The notes beneath the pieces were generated by a model that saw only the letters and a program-made list of their open reading frames with translations, made no database searches and was not told where the DNA came from. A stretch of 35,569 nucleotides of DNA from a virus. Location: the UHGV virus genome UHGV-0196225; one strand, given 5' to 3'. The first letter of the stretch is position 1, and every line of letters starts with the position of its first letter. Position numbers and translations under genes: made by a program. Positions 28,579 through 35,569 of this stretch are shown one piece after another.

Positions 28579-29877
28579 ATGAAAAAGAATAAAATTATTA
28601 TGAGCCTTATTGTGGCTCTTTTTTTGTTGCCGTTTTTTTCGAGCACCGCACAAGCGGCGAAAGGGGATCAGGGTGTAGATTGGGCCGTTTATCAAGGTGC
28701 ACAGGGGAAATTTGGGTATGGTTCTGATAAGTTTTCTATCTCGCAAATAGGTGGTTATAATGCGAATGGCCTTTATGATCAGTGGACGTATAAAAGCCAA
28801 GTAGCAAGTACGATCGCACAAGGGAAACGAGCACATACTTATATCTGGTATGACACGTGGGGGAGTTTATCGATTGCAAAAACTACGATGGATTACTTTT
28901 TGCCGAAGATACAAACACCCAAGAACAGTATTGTGGCACTAGATTTTGAGCATGGAGCCAGTTCGAACAAACAAGCGAATACAGATACGATCTTATACGG
29001 AATGAGGCGGATCAAGCAAGCTGGTTACACACCGATGTACTATTCTTATAAACCCTTCACTCTTCAGTATGTGAACTATCAGCAAATTCTAGCAGAGTTC
29101 CCGAACAGCTTGTGGATGGCTGCATATCCGAATTACAATGTGACGCCAAGTCCAGTTTGGAGTGTTTTCCCATCGATGGAAGGCGTAGCAATATATCAGT
29201 TTACGAGTACTTATGTTGCTGGTGGACTTGACGGTAATGTTGATTTAACAGGTATTACAGATAGCGGATACAACGGAACTAACAAAGATGATGACGGAAA
29301 AGTTACTGTTAAACCTGAAACGACACCGCCAGCGGTAGAACAAGGTCAAGAAGCTAACGAAACATCTAAAAAAGACATTGAACCAGGGTTCAAAGTAAAA
29401 GTGAATTTCTCAGCATCAAAATGGTTAACGGGTGAACCTATTCCTACATGGGTTAAGGGAAACAGTTACACTGTTAAAGAAATTGACGGAAGTAAGGTGT
29501 TGTTAGATGGAATCATGAGTTGGATCAATCGTAAAGATGTAGAAATTATCGAAACAAATGCTGCAAATCCAGTGCAATCAAGCGATGTTCATGTGGTCCA
29601 AAGCGGTGAAACTTTATCCGGCATCGCCTCTAAGTGCAACACTTCTTATCAATCATTAGCAAGCTTGAACGGGTTGACTAATCCAAATCTGATTTATGTT
29701 GGCCAACTTTTAAAAGTTAAAGGTTCGAATGTTTCAACCAGAATTTATGCAGTGCAAGTGGGTGAAACGCTTTCTAGTATCGCTTCTAAGTTAGGTACTA
29801 GCTATCAAAAACTTGCTCAGGAAAACAGTATTGCGAATCCTAATTTGATCTATCCAAATCAACGACTAGCTTATTAA
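28579..29877 (+). CDS. Endolysin: signal peptide + GH25 muramidase + SH3-like + 2x LysM
   Basis: N-terminal [29 protein letters not shown] is a Sec signal with AQA cleavage site. GH25-like [12 protein letters not shown]. Two C-terminal LysM repeats ([12 protein letters not shown]..., [12 protein letters not shown]...). Confidence 0.8.
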   Translation: MKKNKIIMSLIVALFLLPFFSSTAQAAKGDQGVDWAVYQGAQGKFGYGSDKFSISQIGGYNANGLYDQWTYKSQVASTIAQGKRAHTYIWYDTWGSLSIAKTTMDYFLPKIQTPKNSIVALDFEHGASSNKQANTDTILYGMRRIKQAGYTPMYYSYKPFTLQYVNYQQILAEFPNSLWMAAYPNYNVTPSPVWSVFPSMEGVAIYQFTSTYVAGGLDGNVDLTGITDSGYNGTNKDDDGKVTVKPETTPPAVEQGQEANETSKKDIEPGFKVKVNFSASKWLTGEPIPTWVKGNSYTVKEIDGSKVLLDGIMSWINRKDVEIIETNAANPVQSSDVHVVQSGETLSGIASKCNTSYQSLASLNGLTNPNLIYVGQLLKVKGSNVSTRIYAVQVGETLSSIASKLGTSYQKLAQENSIANPNLIYPNQRLAY

Positions 29878-29879
29878 TG

Positions 29880-29913
29880 GTTGCACTCAACTAGTTATTT
29901 GGTTGAGTGCAAC
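29880..29913 (+). terminator. Perfect 12-bp stem hairpin after lysin gene
   Basis: GTTGCACTCAAC-N10-GTTGAGTGCAAC followed by a T-rich tract. Confidence 0.6.
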
Positions 29914-29949
29914 TATTCTCAGTGTTTTATTTTTGAATCCTATACAAAT

Positions 29950-29995
29950 TGTGATTAACTAATTCTTGGACTTTGGTATAATGAATACATCATTT
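29950..29995 (+). promoter_or_regulatory. Candidate extended -10 promoter for the glycosylation gene
   Basis: TGGTATAAT (TGnTATAAT) at about 29975-29983 with a weak -35 TTAACT 16 nt upstream. Lies between the lysin terminator and the 30015 ATG. Confidence 0.4.
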
Positions 29996-30014
29996 TTAAA
30001 GAAAAGGTGTAATA

Positions 30015-31769
30015 ATGAGTTCAAAGCTGAGCAAAAAAGAAGTTCTAAAGATGTTACTATTTCTTGCAATTGTCGTGTTTTTAATGATGTCAATACAAGT
30101 GTATAAAAAAGCAATTTTTCTAGGAGATGATATAACTTTTCATTATCAAAGATTCTATGAAATGTATATGCAAATAAAGAATGGTAATCTGAATTATTTT
30201 CAGTCAATATACTCGTTTAATAGTAGTGGAAGGATTATCAATGCACTATATGGATATGATTTTGCTTTTATTCAAGGAATAATCTTATCTATATTTAGAT
30301 CATGGGCGAAGTTCCAAATAGTATCTTCATTTCTATGTTTTTATACAAGCGGGGTTTCAATGTACTTTTTAGCGAGGACGATTAAACTAAGTCCGAAATT
30401 CTCGTTTATAGGGTCTGTTATGTACATGACCACATCAGTAGTTTCCTCGTACCCCTTATATCAAGCATTTAACGGGTGGGGTGCTGCTTTCGTGCCTCTA
30501 CTATTTATTCCTGCAATAAAGTCTGTGGTTGATTCAAAAGAAAGAATCAATCCTGTGTATCTTGCTATTCCGGTAAGTATTTTGTTGTCTGTTCACACTC
30601 TTTCAGCGCTCATTGGGGTTTTAGCAATCATTCCATTTTATATCGTTAGTTTCTTGTTAGAGAAAAATAAATTACGATGGATAAAAAATGGTTTTATAGC
30701 AGTTCTATTAGCCCTGTTGCTAGTTGCAAATACGATATTCAGCTATATAGATGTGTACTCATCCAATAAAATATATGGTCCCACATTGATACAAAAGATG
30801 TCTGATTTTAGTGCTATACCAACCTTAGGTGGAAATGATTTGAAAAGCTTAGGCCTGGTTGTTTCAATTGTTTTCATTTTTCAGATAGCCTACTCAATTT
30901 TAAATTGGAACAAATATCCATTAATTTATAAGTTAATAAATTCAGTGGGAATAGTATTTTTGGTTTTATCATCTACTATTATTCCTTGGGATGCTTTAGC
31001 AGCGAGACTTGATTTTCTACAAGTTTTACAATTCCCGCATAGATTCCTAATGATTCCTTATGTTTTGCTATTACTAGGTTTTCTAATAACTATTAGTGAT
31101 CTGTATAGTAAACTAGGAGAAGCTAATAAAAGTGTTCTATTCTCAATCGCCGTGACAATTGCCGGATTAATGGTTTTCGGGCTAAACAGCGCAATTACAA
31201 ATAAGACTACAATTTGGTTTAGTGATTCACCTCAAAATAATGGAAATAATGGGTATGCTCTTCGAGAGAGAAATCCACAGAAAATTCGGGATGGATTCAA
31301 AGATAAGGATTTAACAAAAGCATTCGAAATCGTTGTAAAGGGTACAAGTGATTATCTTCCTATGCCAGAAAACGAAGATGCTGAGGACCTTCTAAATAAG
31401 GGACCTTATGGAATGTATTATAGGGAAATAGTAGATAATCAAAAGGGTTACAAAAGGAAAATTTCTGATAATGGATCAATAATTTTAAGCTGGGAGAACA
31501 CCACTGGAAAGACTGAAGAAAAAGTAGTGCCAGTCATTATTTACGGGCACTCAGTTGTAAAATTAAATGGGTCCGAAATTAAACCTACTGAACTTTCAAA
31601 AACAGAAATCGGGGTAGCAAAAGTAAAATCAATTCCGGGCAGGAATGAATTAGTTGTTGGATATAAACCGTTGATCAGCATGAAAATAGCATTCGCCTTA
31701 AAAATGATAGGATTGATTTCATCAGTCTTATTCCTGTTCTTAAATAATAATAAAAAAAGAAAGCACTAA
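30015..31769 (+). CDS. YfhO-like GT-C family polytopic membrane glycosyltransferase (teichoic acid / polysaccharide glycosylation)
   Basis: 584 aa. More than 10 TM helices. N-terminal GDDITFHYQRFYEM in the first loop is GT-C DD-motif-like. Soluble C-terminal domain. AT-richer than the structural genes. Paired with a GtrB-like GT2. Confidence 0.55.
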   Translation: MSSKLSKKEVLKMLLFLAIVVFLMMSIQVYKKAIFLGDDITFHYQRFYEMYMQIKNGNLNYFQSIYSFNSSGRIINALYGYDFAFIQGIILSIFRSWAKFQIVSSFLCFYTSGVSMYFLARTIKLSPKFSFIGSVMYMTTSVVSSYPLYQAFNGWGAAFVPLLFIPAIKSVVDSKERINPVYLAIPVSILLSVHTLSALIGVLAIIPFYIVSFLLEKNKLRWIKNGFIAVLLALLLVANTIFSYIDVYSSNKIYGPTLIQKMSDFSAIPTLGGNDLKSLGLVVSIVFIFQIAYSILNWNKYPLIYKLINSVGIVFLVLSSTIIPWDALAARLDFLQVLQFPHRFLMIPYVLLLLGFLITISDLYSKLGEANKSVLFSIAVTIAGLMVFGLNSAITNKTTIWFSDSPQNNGNNGYALRERNPQKIRDGFKDKDLTKAFEIVVKGTSDYLPMPENEDAEDLLNKGPYGMYYREIVDNQKGYKRKISDNGSIILSWENTTGKTEEKVVPVIIYGHSVVKLNGSEIKPTELSKTEIGVAKVKSIPGRNELVVGYKPLISMKIAFALKMIGLISSVLFLFLNNNKKRKH

Positions 31770-31771
31770 AT

Positions 31772-31816
31772 AAAAACAAGACTAAAGGTAGAATAATCTT
31801 CCCTAGTCTTGTTTTT
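31772..31816. terminator. Bidirectional terminator between convergent glycosylation genes
   Basis: Perfect 13-bp inverted repeat AAAAACAAGACTA-N19-TAGTCTTGTTTTT. Confidence 0.65.
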
Positions 31817-32744
31817 CTTCTTTATCTTTTTCGGTTTCTTTTACAATGTACACAGGTCTTTTTTTTGTTTCAAGGAAAATCTTTCCTAAATATTTTCCAA
31901 TTATTCCTATACTTAGTAATTGAATACCACCAATAAATAGAGTTATTGTAACCATGGATGGCCAACCACTTGTTGGATCGCTAAATAGAAGAGCACGTAC
32001 AACGATAAAAACCATTGATACGAGGGCTACCAAACAAGAAAATGCACCTATAATGGATGCGATGTTCAGTGGCGCTTCTGAGAAATTTACAATCCCATCT
32101 ATTGAATAATTAAACAGTTTCCAAAACGACCAAGTGGATTCGCCAACAACTCGTTCACGATTCTCAAATGAGATGTATTCTGTTTTATATCCTACCCAAC
32201 TAAACAGACCTTTTGAAAAACGATTATATTCAGTCAATTCTAAAACAGAGTCAACCATTTGTCTTGTCATGAGACGGTAATCTCGCGCACCATCTACCAT
32301 CTCTGTATCGCTAATTTTATTTATTAACTGATAAAACCTTCGTGCAAAAAAACTTCTAATTGGAGGCTCTCCTGTCCGATCAGTTCTGCGTGTACCTACG
32401 CAATCAGTATCTGTTGTCTCAATTATTTCAATCATTTGAGGTAATAATTCAGGAGGGTCCTGTAAATCAACATCCATAACAGTGACTAAGTCACCTGTAG
32501 ATGCCTGTAAACCGGCATAAAGAGCAGCTTCTTTACCAAAATTACGCGAGAAAGAAATATAACGAACATAAGAATGCTCTGAGGCCATCCTTCGTAATAT
32601 TTCAAGCGTCTTATCACTTGAACCATCATTGATGAAGAGATATTCGAATTCATGTGAGAGGCTGCCTTTCAATTTTTCCATTTCTGAAAAGTATAAAGGA
32701 ATGGCTTCTTCCTCATTAAAGCACGGAATAATTATCGAAATCAT
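31803..32744 (-). CDS. GtrB/CsbB-like GT2 bactoprenol (C55-P) sugar transferase
   Basis: N-terminal ISIIIPCFNEEEAIP, DVDLQDPPE motif, and two C-terminal TM helices. This is the typical GtrB/CsbB architecture. RBS AGAAAGG before the ATG at 32744. The listed 32774 start lacks an RBS. Confidence 0.75.
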   Translation of the reverse strand: MISIIIPCFNEEEAIPLYFSEMEKLKGSLSHEFEYLFINDGSSDKTLEILRRMASEHSYVRYISFSRNFGKEAALYAGLQASTGDLVTVMDVDLQDPPELLPQMIEIIETTDTDCVGTRRTDRTGEPPIRSFFARRFYQLINKISDTEMVDGARDYRLMTRQMVDSVLELTEYNRFSKGLFSWVGYKTEYISFENRERVVGESTWSFWKLFNYSIDGIVNFSEAPLNIASIIGAFSCLVALVSMVFIVVRALLFSDPTSGWPSMVTITLFIGGIQLLSIGIIGKYLGKIFLETKKRPVYIVKETEKDKEEKQD

Positions 32745-32924
32745 AATAGACCTTTCTAAAATAGTATTAAGCAATTAGTAGTATAGCATATTGGATTGTG
32801 CTTAAAAATATGAAAAAAGGGGATAAATAAAGGTTTCTATATACCCGAAATCAGGCGAAAAGATTTGTTATTAAATAAATACATATTTACAAACCTGCCC
32901 CTAAAACCTGCCCCTGAGACAAAA

Positions 32925-32992
32925 AAAGTCACCACGCACATTCTTTTCTAAACTACCGAAGTAGCCAAGAATGCACTGGTGACGTGGGTTTG
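32925..32992. repeat. Large imperfect inverted repeat / hairpin between the glycosylation cassette and attP core
   Basis: AAAGTCACCACGCACATTCTT ... AAGAATGCACTGGTGACGTGGG. Possible terminator insulating int readthrough from the GT2 gene. Confidence 0.4.
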
Positions 32993-33000
32993 GCACCCAA

Positions 33001-33042
33001 TGGGCCGTGAGGGGCTCGAACCCGCGACCCGCTGATTAAGAG
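33001..33042 (-). other. Partial tRNA (anticodon-loop 3' half, T-arm and acceptor 3' strand; no CCA)
   Basis: Minus strand reads TAATCAGCGGGTCGCGGGTTCGAGCCCCTCACGGCCCA. T-stem GCGGG/CCCTC has one mismatch. T-loop TTCGAGC. Resembles Firmicute Thr/Lys-type tRNA 3' halves. The 5' half is absent. Confidence 0.55.
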
Positions 33043-33175
33043 GACGTTATTTAATGAGGTTAAAGGATGACACGACATGATACGAAAGGAAATAAGAAAG
33101 TTTTAACATAGCATAAAATTTAGTGTTTTGTTGCTTTCTGCCCCTAATTCTGCCCCTTGGAACAATGAATTACTG

Positions 33176-34399
33176 TTATTTAATATCCTTTTTCAGTAAA
33201 TTATCAAATGCAATCGTAGCTGTATCTTGTTGTTTCTTTAGAGCGTGACCGTAAATATTCATCGTTGTGTTGTAGTCGCGATGCCCTAAGCGCTCTTGCA
33301 ATTCTTTAGCAGTCATTTCTGGATTGCTTAATAAATATGTTGCAGATGTATGTCGAATATCGTGAAATCTAATATGTCTTAAATTGTGACGCTTAGTGAA
33401 TCTTTTGAATTTTTTGTATAGGTAACTTCCACGTGGGAGAGTTCCATCTTGTTTAGTGTCAAAAATAAAGTAATGATCTAAACGGCTTACTTTTAATTTC
33501 CAGCGAATCTTTTTGTTGTGGTTAATCAAATCTTTCAGCACATCAAATAAGTAGGCAGGACCAGAAACAACCTTTGAATCATCATTATTTTTAAGACCTG
33601 GTAACAACTGTACGTTTGATTTTCCATCTACCTCGGATATTCTTTGATGGAAGACAATTCTTTTATTGTCAAAATCAATATCTTTTTCTTCTAATGCCAC
33701 GATTTCGCCTTGACGCGCAGCAGTGATAAAGGCAGTGAGTATAAGTGCTTTAATTTCAATATCTTCAGCGAAGGCAGAAGAGATCATTTTGTTGATTTCC
33801 TCCTCAGAGTAGGGTTCTTCAACGTTCTTTTTAACTCCCTTTTCCTTTGGAATCTTTACTTTTTGCGCAGGATTGTCTTTAATGATCCCATACTCTTCTT
33901 GGGCAATGAGAAAGACACTATTGATTGCGTAAAGCATTTGCTTTTTTGTAGCTCTGCTAAGTGGTTTTTCAGAATTACGTCCTGGGTCCTTTGTATTTAT
34001 TCTCTTAGCATTAAGAATAATGTCTTTAATCATGTATGGCTTAATATCAACAAGGGAAGTATATTCAAATTTATTCATAAATCGATTATTGATATGTTTA
34101 TTGTAGTTATGGAAAGTTTTTGGTTCCAGGTTTCTTGATGCTTCTTTCATCCAAAAATTTTCCACAAACTGACCAAATGTAATGGTTAGTAAATCAATGT
34201 TTTTCAAACCAACCGTTTCAAAATCTTCTATCCAGTCATCTAACAAACGAAATGCTTTTCTGATATTCGGAGCTTCTACGTTTTTGCTCGTTCTTTTAGG
34301 ATTTCCTTTCTCATTATATCCGAGTGTGATTCTGAGTTTGTACTTTCCGTTTCCCAAGTCTTCTACAGAGCCTGTAAGTTCTTTCCTTTTTCTTGCCAT
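33176..34399 (-). CDS. int: Tyrosine integrase (phage integrase family)
   Basis: C-terminal catalytic residues ...IRFHDIRHTSATYLL... and MNIYGHAL (His-x-x-Arg ... Tyr). N-terminal SAM-like domain. The listed start at 34441 is a TTG. The ATG at 34399 is preferred. Confidence 0.85.
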   Translation of the reverse strand: MARKRKELTGSVEDLGNGKYKLRITLGYNEKGNPKRTSKNVEAPNIRKAFRLLDDWIEDFETVGLKNIDLLTITFGQFVENFWMKEASRNLEPKTFHNYNKHINNRFMNKFEYTSLVDIKPYMIKDIILNAKRINTKDPGRNSEKPLSRATKKQMLYAINSVFLIAQEEYGIIKDNPAQKVKIPKEKGVKKNVEEPYSEEEINKMISSAFAEDIEIKALILTAFITAARQGEIVALEEKDIDFDNKRIVFHQRISEVDGKSNVQLLPGLKNNDDSKVVSGPAYLFDVLKDLINHNKKIRWKLKVSRLDHYFIFDTKQDGTLPRGSYLYKKFKRFTKRHNLRHIRFHDIRHTSATYLLSNPEMTAKELQERLGHRDYNTTMNIYGHALKKQQDTATIAFDNLLKKDIK

Positions 34400-34426
34400 A
34401 ATTGAATCAACTACCTTTCTTTGATA

Positions 34427-34509
34427 CAATAGGCAAAGCAAATAGGCCTATTGCGGGTTTATTTTCTTTAGCACACCAAGTAGCTTGCCGGCGGTTGGTG
34501 TGCTTTTTA
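34427..34509 (+). terminator. Two tandem hairpins between immA and int
   Basis: CAATAGGC-N9-GCCTATTG, then GGGTTTATTTTCTTT. Then perfect AGCACACCAA-N15-TTGGTGTGCT followed by TTTTT. Both are oriented as + strand intrinsic terminators. Confidence 0.4.
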
Positions 34510-35007
34510 ACCTGAATGTCTAATAGGTTGAATAAAAATTGATTCACTATCAAAGAAAAATTGATAGTTACGATGAAAATGACTAGTGCCATATTTGTTA
34601 AAGTAGTGAGTTAGAGAATCTTCAATGAAATCGGGAGTTACCTCTAAAAACTCAGCACATTCATATTTTGTATGACAGTCATTTAAAGCACAGTTTAATA
34701 AGTCATCAAGTGTGACAAGAGTTTCAACTGCATATCTTCTGGCTTTCCATTCTTCCTTCCAAGCACCAGGGGAATTATAATCAACTATATTCCCTACTGA
34801 TCTTTTGTAATGTCCATATTCTTCAGCCAGAACAATTGTTTTCTCAATCATACTTTTAGTCTTGTCTAAATAAATTTTGCCATTCCTATAAAATCCAGTA
34901 TATCCAGTAGCGGATTTTATGTTTTCTTCATAAACTGGGAGTTCAGAACTAATCCCATCTAACAACCTCTCGTATTTGTCCATATTAAAAAACCTACTTC
35001 TTATCAT
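34507..35007 (-). CDS. ImmA/IrrE-family metallopeptidase-like protein (putative repressor protease)
   Basis: 166 aa, overlaps the 3' end of the cI-like gene. Degenerate HEXXH-like EEYGHY. Position between repressor and int matches ImmR/ImmA systems. Confidence 0.45.
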   Translation of the reverse strand: MIRSRFFNMDKYERLLDGISSELPVYEENIKSATGYTGFYRNGKIYLDKTKSMIEKTIVLAEEYGHYKRSVGNIVDYNSPGAWKEEWKARRYAVETLVTLDDLLNCALNDCHTKYECAEFLEVTPDFIEDSLTHYFNKYGTSHFHRNYQFFFDSESIFIQPIRHSG

Positions 35008-35461
35008 ATTTCCTATCTATTTCATCTAAAACAGAATTAATATTGTCTAAGTCATTTTTAGTAACTTTCCTTTTAAGGTCATCTGAATGGGCAGCAAGCG
35101 TGAATGGTTCGCTTGACTCATTTTTCGATGCTTGTTCTTGTTCATAAAGGTTTTGACTAAATTTAATAACAGATTTTTTGCTGTCGTTACTCAATTTAGA
35201 GAAAATTTGATTTGCTTTCTTAGTCAGAAAATCGGTAGTCATAGAACTTTGTTCATTTGATATTAAGTCAAATAAGTGTTGAGGTGAAACTCCTAATGCT
35301 TTAGAGTATACCGAGATATCCTTTTCGGTAATTGATCTATTTTGGTTTTCATGATTGGAGATAGTATTTTGACTAAAGCCGGTTATTTCACTAAGTTCTT
35401 TTTGAGTCATACCTTTTTCTTTTCTGAGGGACTTAATTGCTGGACCAATAACATTTTTCAC
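34994..35461 (-). CDS. cI-like XRE-family repressor (GTG start)
   Basis: HTH GMTQKELSEITGFSQNTISNHENQNR. RBS GGAGAGGAGA 7 nt before the GTG at 35461. The listed longer ORF has no RBS. No S24 peptidase domain, consistent with ImmA-dependent control. Confidence 0.7.
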   Translation of the reverse strand: MKNVIGPAIKSLRKEKGMTQKELSEITGFSQNTISNHENQNRSITEKDISVYSKALGVSPQHLFDLISNEQSSMTTDFLTKKANQIFSKLSNDSKKSVIKFSQNLYEQEQASKNESSEPFTLAAHSDDLKRKVTKNDLDNINSVLDEIDRKYDKK

Positions 35462-35490
35462 GGTACATTCTCCTCTCCTATGAGAAAAAT

Positions 35491-35509
35491 ATATCACATG
35501 GCGAGATAA
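35491..35509. promoter_or_regulatory. Operator site 1 (imperfect) overlapping predicted P_cI
   Basis: ATATCAC-ATGGC-GAGATAA. P_cI -10 TATATT is the complement of 35488-35493. -35 TTTACT is the complement of 35511-35516. Confidence 0.5.
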
Positions 35510-35521
35510 TAGTAAATAAAA

Positions 35522-35540
35522 ATATCTCATGTTGTGATAA
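35522..35540. promoter_or_regulatory. Operator site 2 (imperfect)
   Basis: ATATCTC-ATGTT-GTGATAA. Centre lies 31 bp from sites 1 and 3. Confidence 0.45.
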
Positions 35541-35545
35541 AAAGC

Positions 35546-35569
35546 TTGCAATATATCTCGTAATGAGAT
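35546..35569 (+). promoter_or_regulatory. P_cro -35 TTGCAA and operator site 3 (ATATCTC-GTAAT-GAGAT..), both completed across the window junction
   Basis: TTGCAA at 35546-35551, then a 17-nt spacer. The -10 TATATT is made of base 35569 plus bases 1-5. Operator half-site GAGATAT is completed by bases 1-2. RBS at 13-20, cro ATG at 28. Confidence 0.5.

Larger units (their letters stand above)
32891..33160. other. attP region: tRNA 3'-half core flanked by arm-type direct repeats
   Basis: Four copies of CTGCCCCT on the + strand, two each side of the core: 32894-32902, 32907-32915, 33137-33145, 33149-33157. The core is a tRNA fragment at 33001-33042. Lies immediately downstream of int. Confidence 0.6.

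Noticed and set aside
33710-34424. Plus-strand ORFs 33710..34138 and 34182..34424 antisense to integrase
   Set aside because: Phe/Leu-rich translations typical of antisense frames of AT-rich genes. No RBS.
1-35569. CRISPR arrays, toxin-antitoxin pairs, retron or DGR signatures
   Set aside because: No spacer-repeat periodicity and no reverse-transcriptase ORF. No obvious small bicistronic toxin/antitoxin pair with recognisable motifs.

Overview
The window reads as a complete temperate siphovirus genome of about 35.6 kb, apparently a circular record opened just upstream of cro. The host is a low-GC Firmicute. ArpU-type late regulator, LysM endolysin, GDPD tail fibre and WTA-glycosylation genes suggest Enterococcus or a related Lactobacillales host.

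Gene order on the + strand:
- Early region: cro-like HTH, excisionase-family HTH, an intact IS110-family insertion sequence (minus-strand DEDD transposase), a putative HUH rolling-circle Rep with an upstream palindromic origin, a RecU-like resolvase, many small early genes, a minus-strand membrane moron, and an ArpU-family late activator.
- A 415-bp noncoding block with tRNA-like T-arm motifs, then an HNH endonuclease.
- Head module: portal, minor head protein (SPP1 gp7 family), terminase large subunit, scaffold, major capsid, connector.
- Tail module: major tail, G/GT chaperones with a -1 frameshift site, tape measure, Dit, Tal, and a tail fibre with a glycerophosphodiester phosphodiesterase domain.
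- Lysis: holin and a signal-peptide GH25-LysM endolysin.
- Lysogenic-conversion cassette: an AT-rich YfhO-like GT-C membrane protein (+) convergent with a GtrB/CsbB-like GT2 (-).
- attP: a tRNA 3'-half fragment flanked by four CTGCCCCT arm-type repeats.
- Lysogeny module (minus strand): tyrosine integrase, ImmA-like peptidase, cI-like repressor.

The cI-cro control region carries three 19-bp ATATCTC-N5-GAGATAT operators at 31-bp spacing. It spans the window ends, so the P_cro -10 hexamer and one operator are completed by bases 1-5. This supports circular contiguity. A fourth perfect operator lies downstream of cro.

All functional calls rest on motif and architecture recognition by eye. No database search was possible.
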